A DNA stretch of 64,000 bases, from assembly GCF_006345805.1 (NCBI RefSeq), contig NC_043004.1, forward strand, positions 93,992,001-94,056,000. Reading direction: 5' to 3'. The notes under the pieces were generated by a model. It searched no databases. It saw only the letters and a program-made list of their open reading frames with translations, and was not told the DNA's origin. Shown piece by piece: positions 1 through 15,201 of this stretch (the first letter of the stretch is position 1; every line of letters begins with the position of its first letter). Made by a program: the position numbers and the translations under genes. Origin of the DNA: Octopus sinensis. Lineage: Eukaryota.

Positions 1-251
1 ACTAATATGAAAGGAAAAAAAAAAAAAAAAACGGAAGCCACCGGAAACCAGCAGACCCTCTTCTTGTTCTAGACATTAGAACTGAAGAACTCATTAAGTT
101 TAAAAGTTCAACTTAATTGTTATAGACCGGCTACTGCTGCTACAAGTACCACTATTATCTGGTCCTTAAAGTTCAATAAGTTAATAAAACGAAACACCAG
201 CCGAGTACTGGGGGTCGATATCATTCACTGCTTATACTTTCTCCTAATTTT

Positions 252-380
252 CGAGGTCGACTTTGCCTTTCATCCTTTCGGGGTCGATAAATAAAGTACC
301 AGTTTCGCACTGGGGTCGATGTAATCGACTTAATCCCTTTGTCTGTCCTTGTTTGTCCCCTCTGTGTTTAGTAAAGAAAT
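252..380 (+). mobile_element. SINE family C, 5'-truncated
   Basis: CGAGGTCGACTTTGCCTTTCATCC...GTAAAGAAATA. Confidence 0.8.
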
Positions 381-1994
381 ATATATACTTTCCCCTAATT
401 TAAAATCTGGGGGTCTGTGTAAAAAAAACAAAAAACAAAAACAAAGAAAACACCCCCACCACGAGTATTTATAGTAAACAGCTCAGCCCACTGGACAGTA
501 CAAACGGACAGATTAACTAATATTTATATAATACATAAGTCCTGTAGATAATCCTTTCAGTGAAGATGGGTCAAGGTGTTAATCCCAGCATATCTTGTTT
601 CAATTATTTATTGTTATTATTGATAGGGTCAGCAAAAAGCTACTCCATCCAGTAAGAGATAAATCCTATTTATCTATCTCTACATAAATACTCTCTCTCT
701 CTCTCTCTCTTACGCAAACACACATCAGTATGTGTGGGAGTTAATAGATACAAAACCCCGTTTTTTTTTTGTTTTTGTTTCATATTGTAAAATTCGTTTC
801 TGGCGGTTTTACTGATCATTACAGGTCCATCATAGATGGTTCAATGATAATAAGTATATATATATACAAAGTGGGTGGAGAGAAGATAGTTTATACAACA
901 ATCGGTTTCAGACAGAAGCAGACAGCTGTTTAATGTTAAGTTTAATGGACACAATACACAAATTTGATCTAATTCTCTCGTCCATTAAACGTTATTGTGC
1001 GGCTTTGCGTATGTGTACAAACACACACATATGTATACATATATACATATATCTTAGTGTGTGCGCGCGTGCGTGCGTGTGTGTATGATTCAAGTCAATA
1101 AACAAAATAGAAATTGTGTCAACTACACGCTACATATAATGACTCAGACTTTCGAATTAAAACTTGTATTTATTTAAGTTACGTATCTCTCTTAAAATTC
1201 GGTTGATCGTTTAGACATGCGCAGTGGTGTTGTTCGAGAAAATAATAAACACACAGACACATACACATACAGGCACACACGTACATATACATACACATTT
1301 AATATAGATAGATATTAAGATTAGACAGAGAGAGAGAGGTGGGGTGGGGAGGGAGAGACAGAGTAAATCTGATGAGGCTTAATGGCTTGGCTGTGGGTGA
1401 CAATCGTAAGGGGTGGTCGCGTAGTTTGGTTGTGTGGATGGCTGGCTATGAAAATAAGAAAAATTTAAACGAGTCTAGTGATCATTAAAGCCCGATAGTG
1501 ATGAGCCATGCTTCTAAAATGCACACGAGCGGAAGATAAGAAATTCTTGTGAGTGCATGTGTGTGCGTGTATGTGTGTGTGTGATGTGTGTGATCTAAGG
1601 GGGTATGACGTAGGCATCGATGGTTAGACGAGAGGGTGTGATGCTGGAGCTATTAAATAAATGTTATTGAACGATTAGGGAATAGATAATCACAAACGAG
1701 GCTGCTGTAGTGATGAGGATTATTATTATTATTATTATTATTGTTGTTGTTGTTTTTTGTGATGGTAGTAGTGGTTTCGTAAAAAGAGGTGGTAGTTGGC
1801 ACCCGCAGTGCGTACTGTTCGCTGGAGTAATACATGAACCACAGCATCGAAGCTAGAATGAATCAAATACATTTTTAACCCCATCATACAGAATTATTGT
1901 GCAATGGGGAAAGACTTCGAAAGAATCAACAGTACGTATGCATACGTCCGTGTGTGTAATATATACTATATATGTATGTATTACACTCACAAAC

Positions 1995-2398
1995 AGGCGC
2001 AGGAGTGGCTGTGTGGTAAGTAGCTTGCTAACCAACCACATGGTTCCGGGTTCAGTCCCACTGCGTGGCATCTTGGGCAAGTATCTTCTGCTATAGCCCC
2101 GGGCCGACCAATGCCCTGTGAGTGGATTTGGTAGACGGAAACTGAAAGAAGTCTGTCGTATATATATGTATATATATATATATATATGTATGTAGGTGTG
2201 TATGTGTTTGTCCCCCTAGCATTGCTCGACAACCGATGCTGGTGTGTTTACGTCCCCGTCACTTTGCGGTTCGGCAAAAGAGACCGATAGAATAAGTACT
2301 GGGCTTACAAAAAGAATAAGTCCCGGGGTCGATTTGCTCGACTAAAGGCGGTGCTCCAGCATGGCCGCAGTCAAATGACTGAAACAAGTAAAAGAGTA
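1995..2398 (+). mobile_element. tRNA-derived SINE family A (full length, internal (TA)n, AAAAGAGT tail)
   Basis: Head GGCGCAGGAGTGGCTGTGTGGTAAG...GGTTCAGTCCC (A/B-box-like); many near-identical copies in the window. Confidence 0.9.
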
Positions 2399-2759
2399 TA
2401 TGTCTTTGTATACATAGACACACACATGCATAAATAAATGCGTGTATTTGTAATTAAAACAAACAGGAAGGGAGAAAACAGGACAAATTGGAAACCAAAT
2501 TTAATTTAGGGAAAATGTTTTAAGTTTAGTTTTTTTCTCTTTTATCCTTAAAACCACAAACTCAAACGAAATTAATGGGAGGCGGCATCTCTGTGTATCC
2601 CTTTCCCATTACTGCTTCGTATAAGCCAACCAGGTAATTGTACTTGGTTTGTGTTTCGTAGCAAGGTTTTTAATGTTCCACGAAGAAAACGTTTATTTTA
2701 TATATTTATATATATTTTTATGTTTAGCTAGTATCACTCTTCAGACAGCAGCCGCCTAA

Positions 2760-3050
2760 GTCTGGTACTTTTTCAATCTGTCTTTTTGGCCAAACTACCG
2801 AGATACTGGTATGTAAACAAACCAACACCGTTTGCCAAGCGGTTGGAGGTGGGTGGGGGAGACACACTCAGAGACAAGACACTCTCTTTTTCTCTCCCAC
2901 TTATATACGATCGACTTCCACACATTTCTCGTCTACGAAATTCAGTTAACAAGGCCATGTAGAAAAAGTACTGGTCCAAAGTGCCGCGCAATGGGACGGA
3001 ACCCAAAACCACATGGTTGCACATTGAGCTTTTTAACCAAACAGCCATGC
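2760..3050 (-). mobile_element. SINE family A, diverged copy
   Basis: Degenerate match to the family A head and body. Confidence 0.6.
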
Positions 3051-3676
3051 CAGCGATGGATGTGTAATTCATTTTAATCAGGAATTGCATCTAAATACTT
3101 GTGGTGCCCCAGCATGGCCACGGCCTTGGGGGCTGACATGTGTAAAAGAGCAAAAGAAAATCGAGTGTTTGCCATTCCCTTTCTTCATAGTGTTCACTAA
3201 AACGATTACAAGTTGATGAGAGGCAAAGAAAAAATAAAATACTTGGATGGATCTGTCAGAGTATGAATAAAAAAAAAACTGTGCGAGTGAGAGATGTTAA
3301 TGATATCTGAATACCCAGTCCAACCCAGCTCAACAATCTAAGATAAACGCGTAGGACGATCAATTGTAAACTGAGAACAATTGCTCGTCTTTTGATTGAG
3401 ATAAGGATATAAGAACACATGCGTAATAACAGAATGCAGTGAACCAGTGATGTTAGCCTATAGAGAACATGTAACCAACAATACTATTGTTCGGCAATTG
3501 CGAAATGAATAAATAACATGCAGCTTATAATCCTGAGAGAGAGAAATCCTAGACTACACATACGTACTGACTTAAAACATATGTTTATCAATTTGGCTTT
3601 AAAAGTTTCACCATGGTTCCCTACTACTCTCATCCCAAATGCTCGTCTACTCCGTTTCCCTGTTCCAAAACAGTCT

Positions 3677-4079
3677 CTCTTTTACTCTTTTACTTGTTTC
3701 AGTCATTTGACTGCGGCCATGCTGGAGCACCGCCTTTAGTCGAGCAAATCGACCCCGGGACTTATTCTTTTTGTAAGCCCAGTACTTATTCTATCGGTCT
3801 CTTTTTGCCGAACCGCTATGTGACGGGGACGTAAACACACCAGCATCGGTTGTCAAGCAATGCTAGGGGGACAAACACAGACACACAAACATACACGCAC
3901 ACACATATATATATACATATATACGACAGGCTTCTTTCAGCTTCCGTCTACCAAATCCACTCATAAGGCATTGGTCAGCCCGGGGCTATAGCAGAAGACA
4001 CTTGCCCAAGATGCCACGCAGTGGGACTGAACCCGGAACCATGTGGTTGGTTAGCAAGCTACTTACCACACAGCCACTC
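3677..4079 (-). mobile_element. SINE family A
   Basis: Reverse complement of 1995-2398. Confidence 0.9.
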
Positions 4080-4451
4080 TGTATTTGCATATGCATCTTT
4101 ACATATGTTTATATTGCTACGCTGCCAAAATTCGACTTCACTACTCCATTGTGGTTCTCAGTTTACCGTTTACTTGTGAGCTTAAAAGATTGGAATCAGC
4201 ATTAAATAAGAATGGACATTTACGTATACGAGATAACGCCGATATATGCTCAACTGGGAGGCATATATTTCTTATCGTTACAAACAATACATTGCTAATG
4301 CATATATGTGTTGTATACATACATATGGAGCATACGCCGTGGAATATACATGCGTGTATTTATTCATTTAAATTTAAACACTTTCTCTTGGAAACTTTCC
4401 AATTGCGCATTTAACCAAATATACATACACAGACATACTGTCGTTTATTAA

Positions 4452-4826
4452 TAACTAGCAGTATCGCCCGGCGTTGCTCAGGTTTGTAAGGGAAATAACT
4501 ATAAAGCATTTTTAGAGAGTTATAGCCAAAAAATAGGAAAAAAATGATGGTAAATTTTTTTGAGAGTTAAAAAAGGTGGAGTTGCGTCCCCTAGACGGTC
4601 TGTGGTTTGGGTTTCTGATTCTCGACCCCATGTCGAATTTATCGATTTTTTTCAGAACTGGGGGAACTTTTCAAAATTTTCGCTGCGTTAGTTTTGAATT
4701 ATGACATTGGGCTATGTGTGTGTCAAGTTTCATCAGAATCGGTTGAAAGCCGTGGTCAGAGTGAGGGTACGAGAAAACAGGCACACAGAAACACGCACAG
4801 ACAAACTGCCGTTTATATAGAGAGAG
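4452..4826 (+). mobile_element. Non-autonomous Helitron/Helentron-like element (Lep1/HINE-like)
   Basis: Starts TAACTAGCAGTATCGCCCGGCGTTGCTCAGG (5' hairpin); internal CAAGTTTCATCAGAATCGGTT; ACAG-like repeats before the TTTATATAGA end. Confidence 0.55.
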
Positions 4827-5199
4827 ATAATATTTTCTCTATTTTTGCTACAAGAAAAAGGGACATTACAAGGACAGGTTACAAAATGTGTGCGGGTGAA
4901 ATGAAGGGACAATATACACAGTTGTATTCTCCATTCTACACGCACATGCTAAGAGAAGTCCCATCCATGTGAGGCACGTTCGCAACTCTCACTCACCTTT
5001 AATCAAATTTATAGGAAGTAGAGCAGCGCCTTTCATTACGCCCTCATTTACATCTATATGAACTTGAAAGAAATCAATAATAGTTTCCAAAATAGGTACA
5101 AATTCAAATTGTGGCCAGTTAAAATCAATCCCAGTTTATATATGGGTGGGAGCCACTACCTGGTCTAAACGAATTTGCCAACTCACACCATGAACATCT

Positions 5200-5462
5200 T
5201 CATCATCCTTATTATTAGAAGTAGTAGTAATTATTATTATTATTATTATTATTATATTATTATTATTATTATCATTATTATTATTACTATTATTATCATT
5301 ATTATTATTACTATTATTATTACTATTATTATCATTATTATTATTATTACTACTATTATTATTATTATTATTTTTTATTATTACTACTATCATTATTATT
5401 ATCATTATCATTATTATTACTATTACTATTATTATTATTATTATCATCATTATTATAATAAC
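5200..5462. repeat. (ATT)n imperfect microsatellite
   Basis: Directly visible. Confidence 0.95.
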
Positions 5463-5924
5463 AACCATAAATATAAAGGAGGTCAAATTCAAGTAGAAAA
5501 TGGGTCAGCTTGGTTGTTTGGTGATTCTCTGAGTAAGACATGTGTAAATCTCCATTGTCACGAATATAATGTCTAGTGTATGACTCAGCCCGTCTCCAAT
5601 AGCAAGTCCATTATTAGTTGTCACTAAAATGTATGATAAATAGATGATATCGCCGACAGTGACGGTCACATTAGGTAGTGGCGTGGATTCTTTTCTAGTA
5701 AGTCATCAAAGCACACCAGTGCAACAACAGTCATCAAAATACAATATTTCTCTGTGTCTTCCATACAATACAGGTAAAGTTGTACCTGTATCTCAAACTT
5801 GTTGGGCGAAGTAGACTATCTTTTTTACGTCGTGATTGAAAAGTAGTACTGTTTATTTGTGTGAGTGTGTGTGTGTGTGTGCGTGTCTGTGGGGGTGTAA
5901 GTATATGTACATATGTATGTGTGC

Positions 5925-5974
<50 letters not shown>

Positions 5975-6017
5975 GTACATGCATACACATAATACATGCA
6001 AGGATGCATACATGTAT

Positions 6018-6062
<45 letters not shown>

Positions 6063-6065
<3 letters not shown>

Positions 6066-6461
6066 GCTGTGTGGTAAGGAGCTTGCTTATCAACCATATG
6101 GTTCCGGGTTCAGTCCCACTGCGAGGCACCTTGGGCAAGTGTCTTCTACTATAGCCTCGGGCCGACCAAAGCCTTGTGAGTGGATTTGGTAGACGGAAAC
6201 TGAAAGAAGCCCGTCGTATATATGTATATGTATATATATGTATGTGTGTTTATGTGTCTGTGTTTGTCCCCCTAACATCGCTTGACAACCGATGCTGGTG
6301 TGTTTACGTCCCCGTAACTTAGTGGTTCGGCAAAAGAGACCGATAGAATAAGTACTAGGCTTACAAAGAATATGTCCTGGGATCGAGTTGCTCGATTAAA
6401 GGCGGTGCTCCAGCATGGTCACAGTCAAATGACTGAAAGAATTAAAAGAGAGTAAAAAGAG
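6063..6461 (+). mobile_element. SINE family A
   Basis: Colinear with 1995-2398. Confidence 0.9.
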
Positions 6462-7064
6462 AGTATATACATATATATACACACACACATATATATATAT
6501 AATATATTTCTTATTCGACAATGAATTGACAAGATGATTCATGGTCCAACAGTTTCGTACATTGTATTCTATCAAACTTTGCAAAGTGAGTCATAATAGA
6601 GACGAAACTATATGTCCCTGACCCACTTATGCAACTTGACAGTCGATTTAAGAAAATAGATACATTCTATTTTATTTCTCCTGATTGCTCCAGGAAACCT
6701 ATATATTACGCAAAATGATTTGATTTCACATTTACTTAGGTTAAAATATTATACTCCTTTCTTTCCCACTATCTGTCTGTCTATCTATCTCGCACTTACT
6801 CTCTTCTGACCCTCGTCTCGCACAGTTCAGAAGTGATTAATGCTTGTTTGTATGATTAATTTGGTGGATATGAGTATGAATGAGAAACAATAGCTGGGAG
6901 CTGAGAATTTGTCTTTATGTCTGTGCATAAATGTAATACATAAAACCCCTGCTATCATCGTCTAAGAATAATTTCTTTCAGTGTGCATATTTAAACACAC
7001 AAATGTATAATATGATATAATATAATATATAATAAAATATGTATGTGCTGGACTGAGAGAGAGC

Positions 7065-7132
<68 letters not shown>

Positions 7133-7340
7133 CAGACAGACAGACAGGCAGAAGGGGAATTCGATCATTTGAATTTTCGTAAGACCAGCTGCACTCTGAT
7201 GTGCCGACTGGATTACCACTGTAATTGTGTGAAAGTGCGAAGCAATGTATTGAACACCTGTGTTTCTTGGATCAATGACAAACTAAGACGTGCGTGGTGG
7301 TGGTGGTGTCAGTTGTATCCACCCAGAAACAAACATGCGA

Positions 7341-7386
<46 letters not shown>

Positions 7387-7672
7387 ATAAACATGCAAAA
7401 ACATGACGCATGATGAATAGCCGAAACAAAGTACTTCAGTCCAGCTAAACCAGCTTTTCCAAATCAGTGCTGCCTTCTTTGTGTACACTCTTGAAATGTC
7501 TGCGTGGCGGGTGGAAGAGATGAGAATGGATTAACATTTAGCAGACAGTCAATTGCGCATACATTCTCTTATGTGTATATGTGTATACAGGTGCATATGT
7601 GCGCGCTCGCGTGTATATACATACATACATATGTATGTTTGTACACACACACACAAACACATATATCGTAGG

Positions 7673-8040
7673 CGCTCCGTCGGTTATGACGACGAGGTTC
7701 CAGTTGAGCTGATCAACGGAGCAGCCTGCTCGTGAGATTAACGTGCAAGTGGCTGAGCACTCCACAGACACGTGTACCCGTAACGTAGTCCTCGGGGAGA
7801 TTCAGCGTGACAGAGCGTGACAAGGCTGGCCCTTTGAAATACAGGTACGCCAAAAGCAGGAAGAAAGAGTGAGAGAAAGTTGTGGCGAAAGAGTACAGCA
7901 GGGTTCACCACCACCCCCTGCCGGAGTCTCGTGGAGCTTAAGGTGTTTTCGCTCAATAAACACTCACAACGCCCGGTCTGGGAATCGAAACCACGATCCT
8001 ATGACCGCGACTCCACTGCCCTAACCACTGAGCTATTGTG
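7673..8040 (-). mobile_element. tRNA(Arg)-like SINE family B, tail type 1
   Basis: Reverse complement of the 41697-42085 copy. Confidence 0.85.
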
Positions 8041-8139
8041 TGTATAACGGATTGAGAAAACCATGGACAAAACGCTTCCTTCAGAGCAAAAGAAAAAATA
8101 GATATAGTTAGATAGACATGTGGGTGGGTGGATGGATGG

Positions 8140-8160
8140 ATTGATTGATGGATAGATGGG

Positions 8161-8241
<81 letters not shown>
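8140..8241. repeat. (GATA)n microsatellite (others at 13991-14117, 28676-28990, 45671-45757)
   Basis: Directly visible. Confidence 0.95.
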
Positions 8242-8697
8242 GAGAGAGCAAGAGAGTGTAAGAAAAGAAAGAATTGACACAAGGACACTTATTTTTCTTC
8301 GAGTGATATTTACTCCAAACAACTTGAGATATCTTAATTCTCTTAAGACATCTTAATGTCATCACAGCTTGAAGATAATTGTTTACCAAAAGTGTTTAAA
8401 ATGAGTACGGTCAAATTAGGTGGATGTTGCTATACAGTAGAGCCGGAAAAGAAAGTAGTGTGTGTATTGGGAGGTATTGGCGGTGTTCCAGAACGCAAGG
8501 GAAGTGGAAGTATTTTCATACACACATAATACGCCCAATGATACTGTCAATATGCACTCAAGTAAAGATGTACGACCGTGGACACCCGTATATAATCACA
8601 AACGTTCGTTGCAAAAAATGGTGTGTGCATATATACCTACGTGTGTGTGTGAGTGTGTGTATGATAGACATTCAAGTACCTCTGAGATGGCGAGAGT

Positions 8698-8736
<39 letters not shown>

Positions 8737-9949
8737 TAATATCCCCACTCTCTCTCTCATCATCTGACAGGTACTTGGGACATGTATGCTTTGCTGATGA
8801 AGTTCAATAACATCAAAACATGAACAGAGTTATCACTCTTGTCATTCTGTCTCAACAATAATATTTACCTGTCGCTGATGCAGGCATATGGGCCTGATTA
8901 ATTGAAGTTATCGCGTTCACCACATTATGTATGTTAGTGCTTACTTCAATAGTAAATTATAGTTTGTTGATACCAATATAAGTTTGACATTTAGTAGAAC
9001 ATCGTAAATTATTTTATGCAAATTAAAGCTACCATTTCTTCAGTGTATGCAAACGAGTGATATGTCTTTAGAAATATTTATTACATTTCAAACATACTTA
9101 ATTCCGCTTTAGAGTACGGCGAAGTTTATAATTTCATATTGGCTGCAGGTTACATATATATATGTTGGCAACGAGGTTTGACTCCTTTGCAGGAGGTCAT
9201 TCTTGGAGTACCAAGAAATAATACTGTAAAATCACACTAAAAGTTATTAATTAGATAATGATTTACTCTATAGCAAGATTAATTACCACTTGTTACTACC
9301 CTCACATCCCTAACTTAGACTATTTATCTGTGATTACTTTCCCGGCACTAGTTTTTTTCCTTTTTAATTTTCGTTTCTTCCACAGTTTTATCTGTGTGTG
9401 TGTGTGTTTGTGTAAATGTGTGTATGGATGTATAAACACGCACAAACATGAATCAACACATGCATACATGCAGGGCTATCTGTCAATTGAATGTATACAA
9501 GTATGTATGTATATATCATTATAGGTCAGGGCGTCTTCATTTGTTAATAGTAAATATTTGAACTTCTACCACCTGTTCATGACTAGCTGGGTTAGCATTG
9601 CCAATTAACCAAGCAATCCTTCTCTGGCATTCCATTCGAGTTGGTTTGATAGTTGAACCATACAAGAATAAGAATTTAAAGTATGTGAAACTTGACAGAG
9701 TTAATTAATAAATGCACTATACCAAATGGAACATGTTTTCTTGACTTGAAAAGACTGAAAGGCAAAGTTACAAAAATTTAACTTGGCGGGATTTGAGCTT
9801 AGAAACGTAGAAGGTCGTGGATATACTAAATACAACAAAGCATCGTGACTAAACCCTACTGATAGACGGCAGTATAGACCTATCAGGTCTGCTGTTTCCC
9901 GTAGCATATATTGCCTTCTACGTCTAACAAGGGAGCGTCTACGAGGTTG

Positions 9950-10430
9950 ATCGACTTGGTGGACATCACACCCTGATCTTAAACAAGACCCTACTTTTTA
10001 TATTCTATTTAAATAAGGACACATCCAACAAAATAATCAAAGTAATGCAAGATGCGATGATCCGGGGTGGACTGTCTTAGCTCATTGATACACCCAAAAG
10101 TTGATCTACTATAATAATTGATTAATGAAGTCTAGCTGTTTGGATTTTTCTTTAGCACACATTGAAGAGACTGTTTGACAAAAAAAAATTCTCGGAGGAC
10201 ATACTTTTTATAATTTATTTCCACCCTAATCGATGCTTCGGGCGTTCCTACGAAGTGTTAATGGATGGAATATTTATTTAGCCTCCATATTATTCACTGA
10301 ACAGCATCCAATCGGTTTCAGATTTAGGGATGAGGATGCCACATTAACATTAATATGTCATGTCTACTATCAAACTTTCTTCTAAGACAATGTCATTTTT
10401 AGGTATCTTCAAGAGTTCATTGTATGGTAG
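9950..10430 (-). mobile_element. Possible highly decayed LINE (RTE-like) remnant
   Basis: Non-repetitive stretch with faint, interrupted resemblance to the post-RT thumb region; no intact motif. Confidence 0.2.
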
Positions 10431-12440
10431 TAATATTATAGATAATATGATAAATTGTATGGGACACAAAAGTAACGTTCGTATCTGTAGTATATAGCGA
10501 TTCTTTGATAGAACACAGTTCAGTTGTCTTCTCTGCTGATACCCTTCAACCCATCTATCTCTCTCTTTCTCTCTCCCTCTGTTTCAGTCACTGTACAACG
10601 GCTATCGACCCCAGTACTTTTTTCAAGTACAGTAGTTATTTGGTAGATACCTATTTGTCCAGTTGTTAAATCATGGGGCATAACTCGCCCCCCACACACA
10701 CACACGCGTATTTGGGCGTGTGCTTTATGTGTGTGCGTGTATGTATGTGTGATTCTTTATGTAATCCATACATACATACCTCAAGAAATGGACATTTCTG
10801 TACACAAGCTACAACAGGGTAAGAAAAAGAAACAGGGAGCGAGAGAGAGAGAGACAGAGACAGAGCGGAGTAAAAGAGGAGAGAAAGAGAGAGAAACAGA
10901 GAAACTGGCGGACGAGAAAGTTGCATACAACTTCAGAAGGTGAATGAAGAAACGGCAAAGGAAAGAAAACAGAGATGGAGTAAAAATGTGGAGATTCAAA
11001 TGATTGTAAGAAAATGGTGTTAATGTATGAATGAATGAATGAATGAACGCAGTGTCGAGATGGAGAGATAAATAGGGAGATATGTAGATGGAGATGAGGC
11101 AGGGGCTGGCTTTAGAAGCAGCATTTTCTACATGCGATTTATGTTCAATGTAGAATTTATCTCTGTGGACACACTTCCCTTTCTCTATTACACACCCTTC
11201 TCGCCTGTTAATGAGATCACATTTTTATGGCTGCATCACCACTCCACCTCACACACGAGCATATACATACTTTCTCCCTCTCCTCTGTCTGCTGTCTGTC
11301 TGCTAGTCTCTTTCTCTCTCTCTATCAATATATTGCAGAAATTTGCACACACACACAACCTCAGAAAGATGAATATGCATGTTATTTAATGTATGTACAC
11401 ACATGCAGGCAGATGCAGCTATCCAAACGCGCACATACAGAGAAATATATATATGTATATATATATATATAAGCACGCACATACCAGCACAAGCCACACA
11501 ACAAAGGAAAGCTGTACAGAGCCTTCTTTGTGTCAAAAAGCGAGGAAGGATGAACGGCGAAACAAACTGTTTGTAAAGTTATAGGCTCTTATATAATCAG
11601 CAACACACTACATCGATTGATAAAACAGGCAGACGACAAAGACAGAAGACAGAAGTCAGAAAAGGAAGACAGAACCAAACGTTAGAAGACAGAAAGGGTG
11701 AAGGACACAAAATAGTGAGAGAAAACAGGAAAGCTATGCTGATAAAGATAAAATTAATGATGATACCAAAGATTTATTTCTAAAGTAGGCACAAGGCAAT
11801 AAATTTCGTGGAAGTGAACAGTCGTTTATGCTGAACTCTCTACATGACTAGTATCTATTTCACTGAACCGAGCAAGATGGAAAGCAAAGTCAGCCTCCAT
11901 GAGAATAAAAATAGCTCTTAAACTGTGATATGAACACAAGGCCATTGATATTATAGAGACTCAAGGCCAGAAATCCTGCCGGATGAGTACTAAACGCCTT
12001 CGCTTCTTGAAGACAAAGGTGAAGACGATAAAAAATGCGGGCAGATGTCATTTATATAGACTTAATCCACGCAGTAACAATGGTGTCTCTTCATTTTTTC
12101 ATTTTCTAAGTACTTTTAAGATGGTAGGGTTGAAATTCGAGGGAAATGAATTTCATATTGGTGAAGACGATGCTTCAGCATAATCTTGATTAAGATGGCC
12201 AAAATAAACGAAAAGAACGTAAATGAAATTAATTGAAATTATCTAATTAATAAGTATTAACTGGTAATTGAACATTTTATAATATCTCAGATGATTAAGT
12301 CGCCTGCTTTCGAAGTAATTACATACGTTTTAACTTTTTTTATACATTATCGTATCCTCAAAGCCCTTCTCCTAACATCACGCAAATAGAACACCCGTGG
12401 TCACTTGACATGCTGGGTCACACGATTACTAAGTGAATAC

Positions 12441-12750
12441 GCCTGGCTCAGAGGTTAGCGAATTGGGCTCTCACAATCATGAGGTAGTCAGTTCGATTCC
12501 CGGACCGGGCTGTGCTCTTGAGCAAAACACTTAATTGCTCCAGTTCACTCAGCTGCAGTTGCGATGTCATATCGGCCTTTGCCTTTCCCTTGGATAACAC
12601 CAGATAACACTTGGAGAGGTGAGACTGGTATGCATGGGTGATTGCTAGTCTTCCATAAACAACCTTTCCCGGACTTGTGCCCCGGTGGAGAACTTTCTAG
12701 GTGCAATCCCATGGTCATTCATGCCCGAATGGGGGTCTTTACCCTTTTTA
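12441..12750 (+). mobile_element. tRNA-derived CORE-like SINE with a distinct tail
   Basis: TGGCTCAGAGGTTAG...GTTCGATTCCCGGACCGGG head; CTTGAGCAAAACACTTAA CORE-like segment; tail ends GGGGGTCTTTACCCTTTTTACCC. Confidence 0.65.
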
Positions 12751-13427
12751 CCCATTACAAAGAATCTCTCCTGGTGAATGCCTATTCTCAATGTACTATG
12801 GTCCTGCTCTACTTGCTTCTACTCTCAGCCTCTCCTCCCCGGGAGTGTCAAACCCTCTAAAATTCTTACTCAGCATGTGATTTTATTGCAGCGGCCTATG
12901 CACATATATTTCAAGCGGGTATATTAAAGGCATGAATCTCCCCGGTCTCGGAGGGCCTATGAAAGCCATAAGGTATAACCTTGTCCTCCAGAGTACAGCA
13001 ATGTTATACCGCACAATTCTACCAATACGAGTAGCTTTATCATTAAATACGCTACCATGACATGTGCATTAATACTTTTAAAACCGATACTGTCTATGAC
13101 TATATACGTTAATTAAGTATTTTAATTAAATACGGCCACCATTTTAGACGTATCAGTTTTTGTAGTATTTCATTTTCGTGCATAGTGAATTTCTTAGTTT
13201 TCCCCTCAGAAGGGAGGCTCTTTCTGATCCATTGAAGTATTTTTCATCTTTTCTATCACCATTACCAAGATTTTCTCCAAGTTTATCCATCATCATCATC
13301 ATCATTGCCAATATCATCAACATTATCATCATCACCACTCCCGTCTCATCTCAGCACGCTCCATGAGGAATATTGAAATAATTACGATAAGAAGTAGGAC
13401 GGTCTGGATGGGTCTACCCTACATGAA

Positions 13428-13494
<67 letters not shown>

Positions 13495-13592
13495 GGAGGG
13501 TAGCCTCATTGAGTGACGGGTGCGGGAAGCTGAGATTAGACGATCGTGTTCTATAATTTTTTTTCAATGAAGATGAATGCCAAGGGCAAGAA

Positions 13593-13631
<39 letters not shown>

Positions 13632-13990
13632 CAGCAGTAGTAATTTTGTTTGTAAGGCTTTTTGAGTTGTCTTTTCATTAATTCCTGTATGTGTCTGAAT
13701 ATATATCTGCATACACACACACACACACATATATATATATATGTATATATATATAAACATACACACACACATATATGCGTGCGACTTAAGCTTCAATGGT
13801 TGTTGATTGGTCCAAGCGGGGTGGGACTTTTGTAGTGTTCATATCTTTCCAATGGTATTTATTAGTAACGTATTATTTGAACTAAAATCATAACCACCAG
13901 TCACGAATTCCATCTGGGTATATATTACAGATACACTTGCCACACACCCCAGACACGCACATTATATTAGACAGGCAGACAGACAGACAG

Positions 13991-14057
<67 letters not shown>

Positions 14058-14062
14058 CAGAT

Positions 14063-14117
<55 letters not shown>

Positions 14118-14158
14118 GAGTACGTATAGTGTACTAGGTACAGTTATTCTATGAAATG

Positions 14159-14206
<48 letters not shown>

Positions 14207-14716
14207 ACTATATCTATTGTAGTTGAGCAAGTTCTAGCCGTCGTTTCAAATCGACTTCTGCAACACTTGAGAAATATACATTTACATTATTTAAAACGCG
14301 CTTCTTAACGCATTAATACCAAATTAATTGACCTCGCTGTCGACAAAATGGTTCTTATCCAAATCAGATTTTCTGCTTTAGTTAAGGCTATAAGTGGAGA
14401 CTATAAATACAATTTCTCTTGTGCGCAGAAGATAAGTCGATCGATACGTTGTCAAAAGACAACGTACGAGATCCCAAATAGTAATGAAACCGGCTAGACC
14501 GATCCCTCTTTTCTTTTTGCAAAGGGATCCCATAGATCTGTGTTCATAATTTGTCCATTGTAGTCAAATTCACATGCAATGTCAACCAAAACTTGCGTGT
14601 TTCCACAATAAATATCCTCTATCTATCTGTCTGTCTGTCTAGCTAGCTATCCATCTATCTATAACAAGTTAGATACAATTCCACCCACACTCACAAAGCA
14701 AGTGAATAAGCGAGCG

Positions 14717-14753
<37 letters not shown>

Positions 14754-15042
14754 TGGTGTGTATCTCTGGAGAAGTTTATTACATAGCAACTGATGCACAC
14801 ACACACACACACACACGAATATATAGATATAAGCACACAGACATACAGTACACCGAAACGCACCATTATTCATTATCAGATAGTGCTCTATTGCTAAGTA
14901 TCAAGCAGTTCTTATATACTACATATACCAAGCAATGCTTCCACATATATTGCAGTAGATAGTAGTCAATTTTATCGTACGCAGTAATGGTGTGATCATT
15001 TGCATATTAGCTTTACGTAGTACGAGTGGCTGCTATATACAT

Positions 15043-15189
15043 ATATGAAGTGAGTGTTGAAAATCTCTTGGCTTTAATAGTATCGCAAAAGGCCTGGTTG
15101 GAGACCCAACCTTCCAAGTTTCTTCTACAGGGCTTAGAAAAGCTGAAGGACGGTTGCAATAAGTGTGTGAGTCTAAGAGGGGAATCTGT
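15043..15189 (+). mobile_element. Internally deleted mariner relic (TIR-like start plus transposase C-terminus)
   Basis: Translates AWLETQPSKFLLQGLEKLKDGCNKCVSLRGE, like the mariner C-terminal W..Q...F..GI.KL..RW.KCV...G; cut off by the SINE at 15202. Confidence 0.6.
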
Positions 15190-15201
15190 CTCTCTCTCTC
15201 T

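Noticed and set aside
1369-1400. Isolated CTGATGA matches (also ~8794, 40199, 56026)
   Set aside because: No appropriately spaced helix II/GAAA/NUH found
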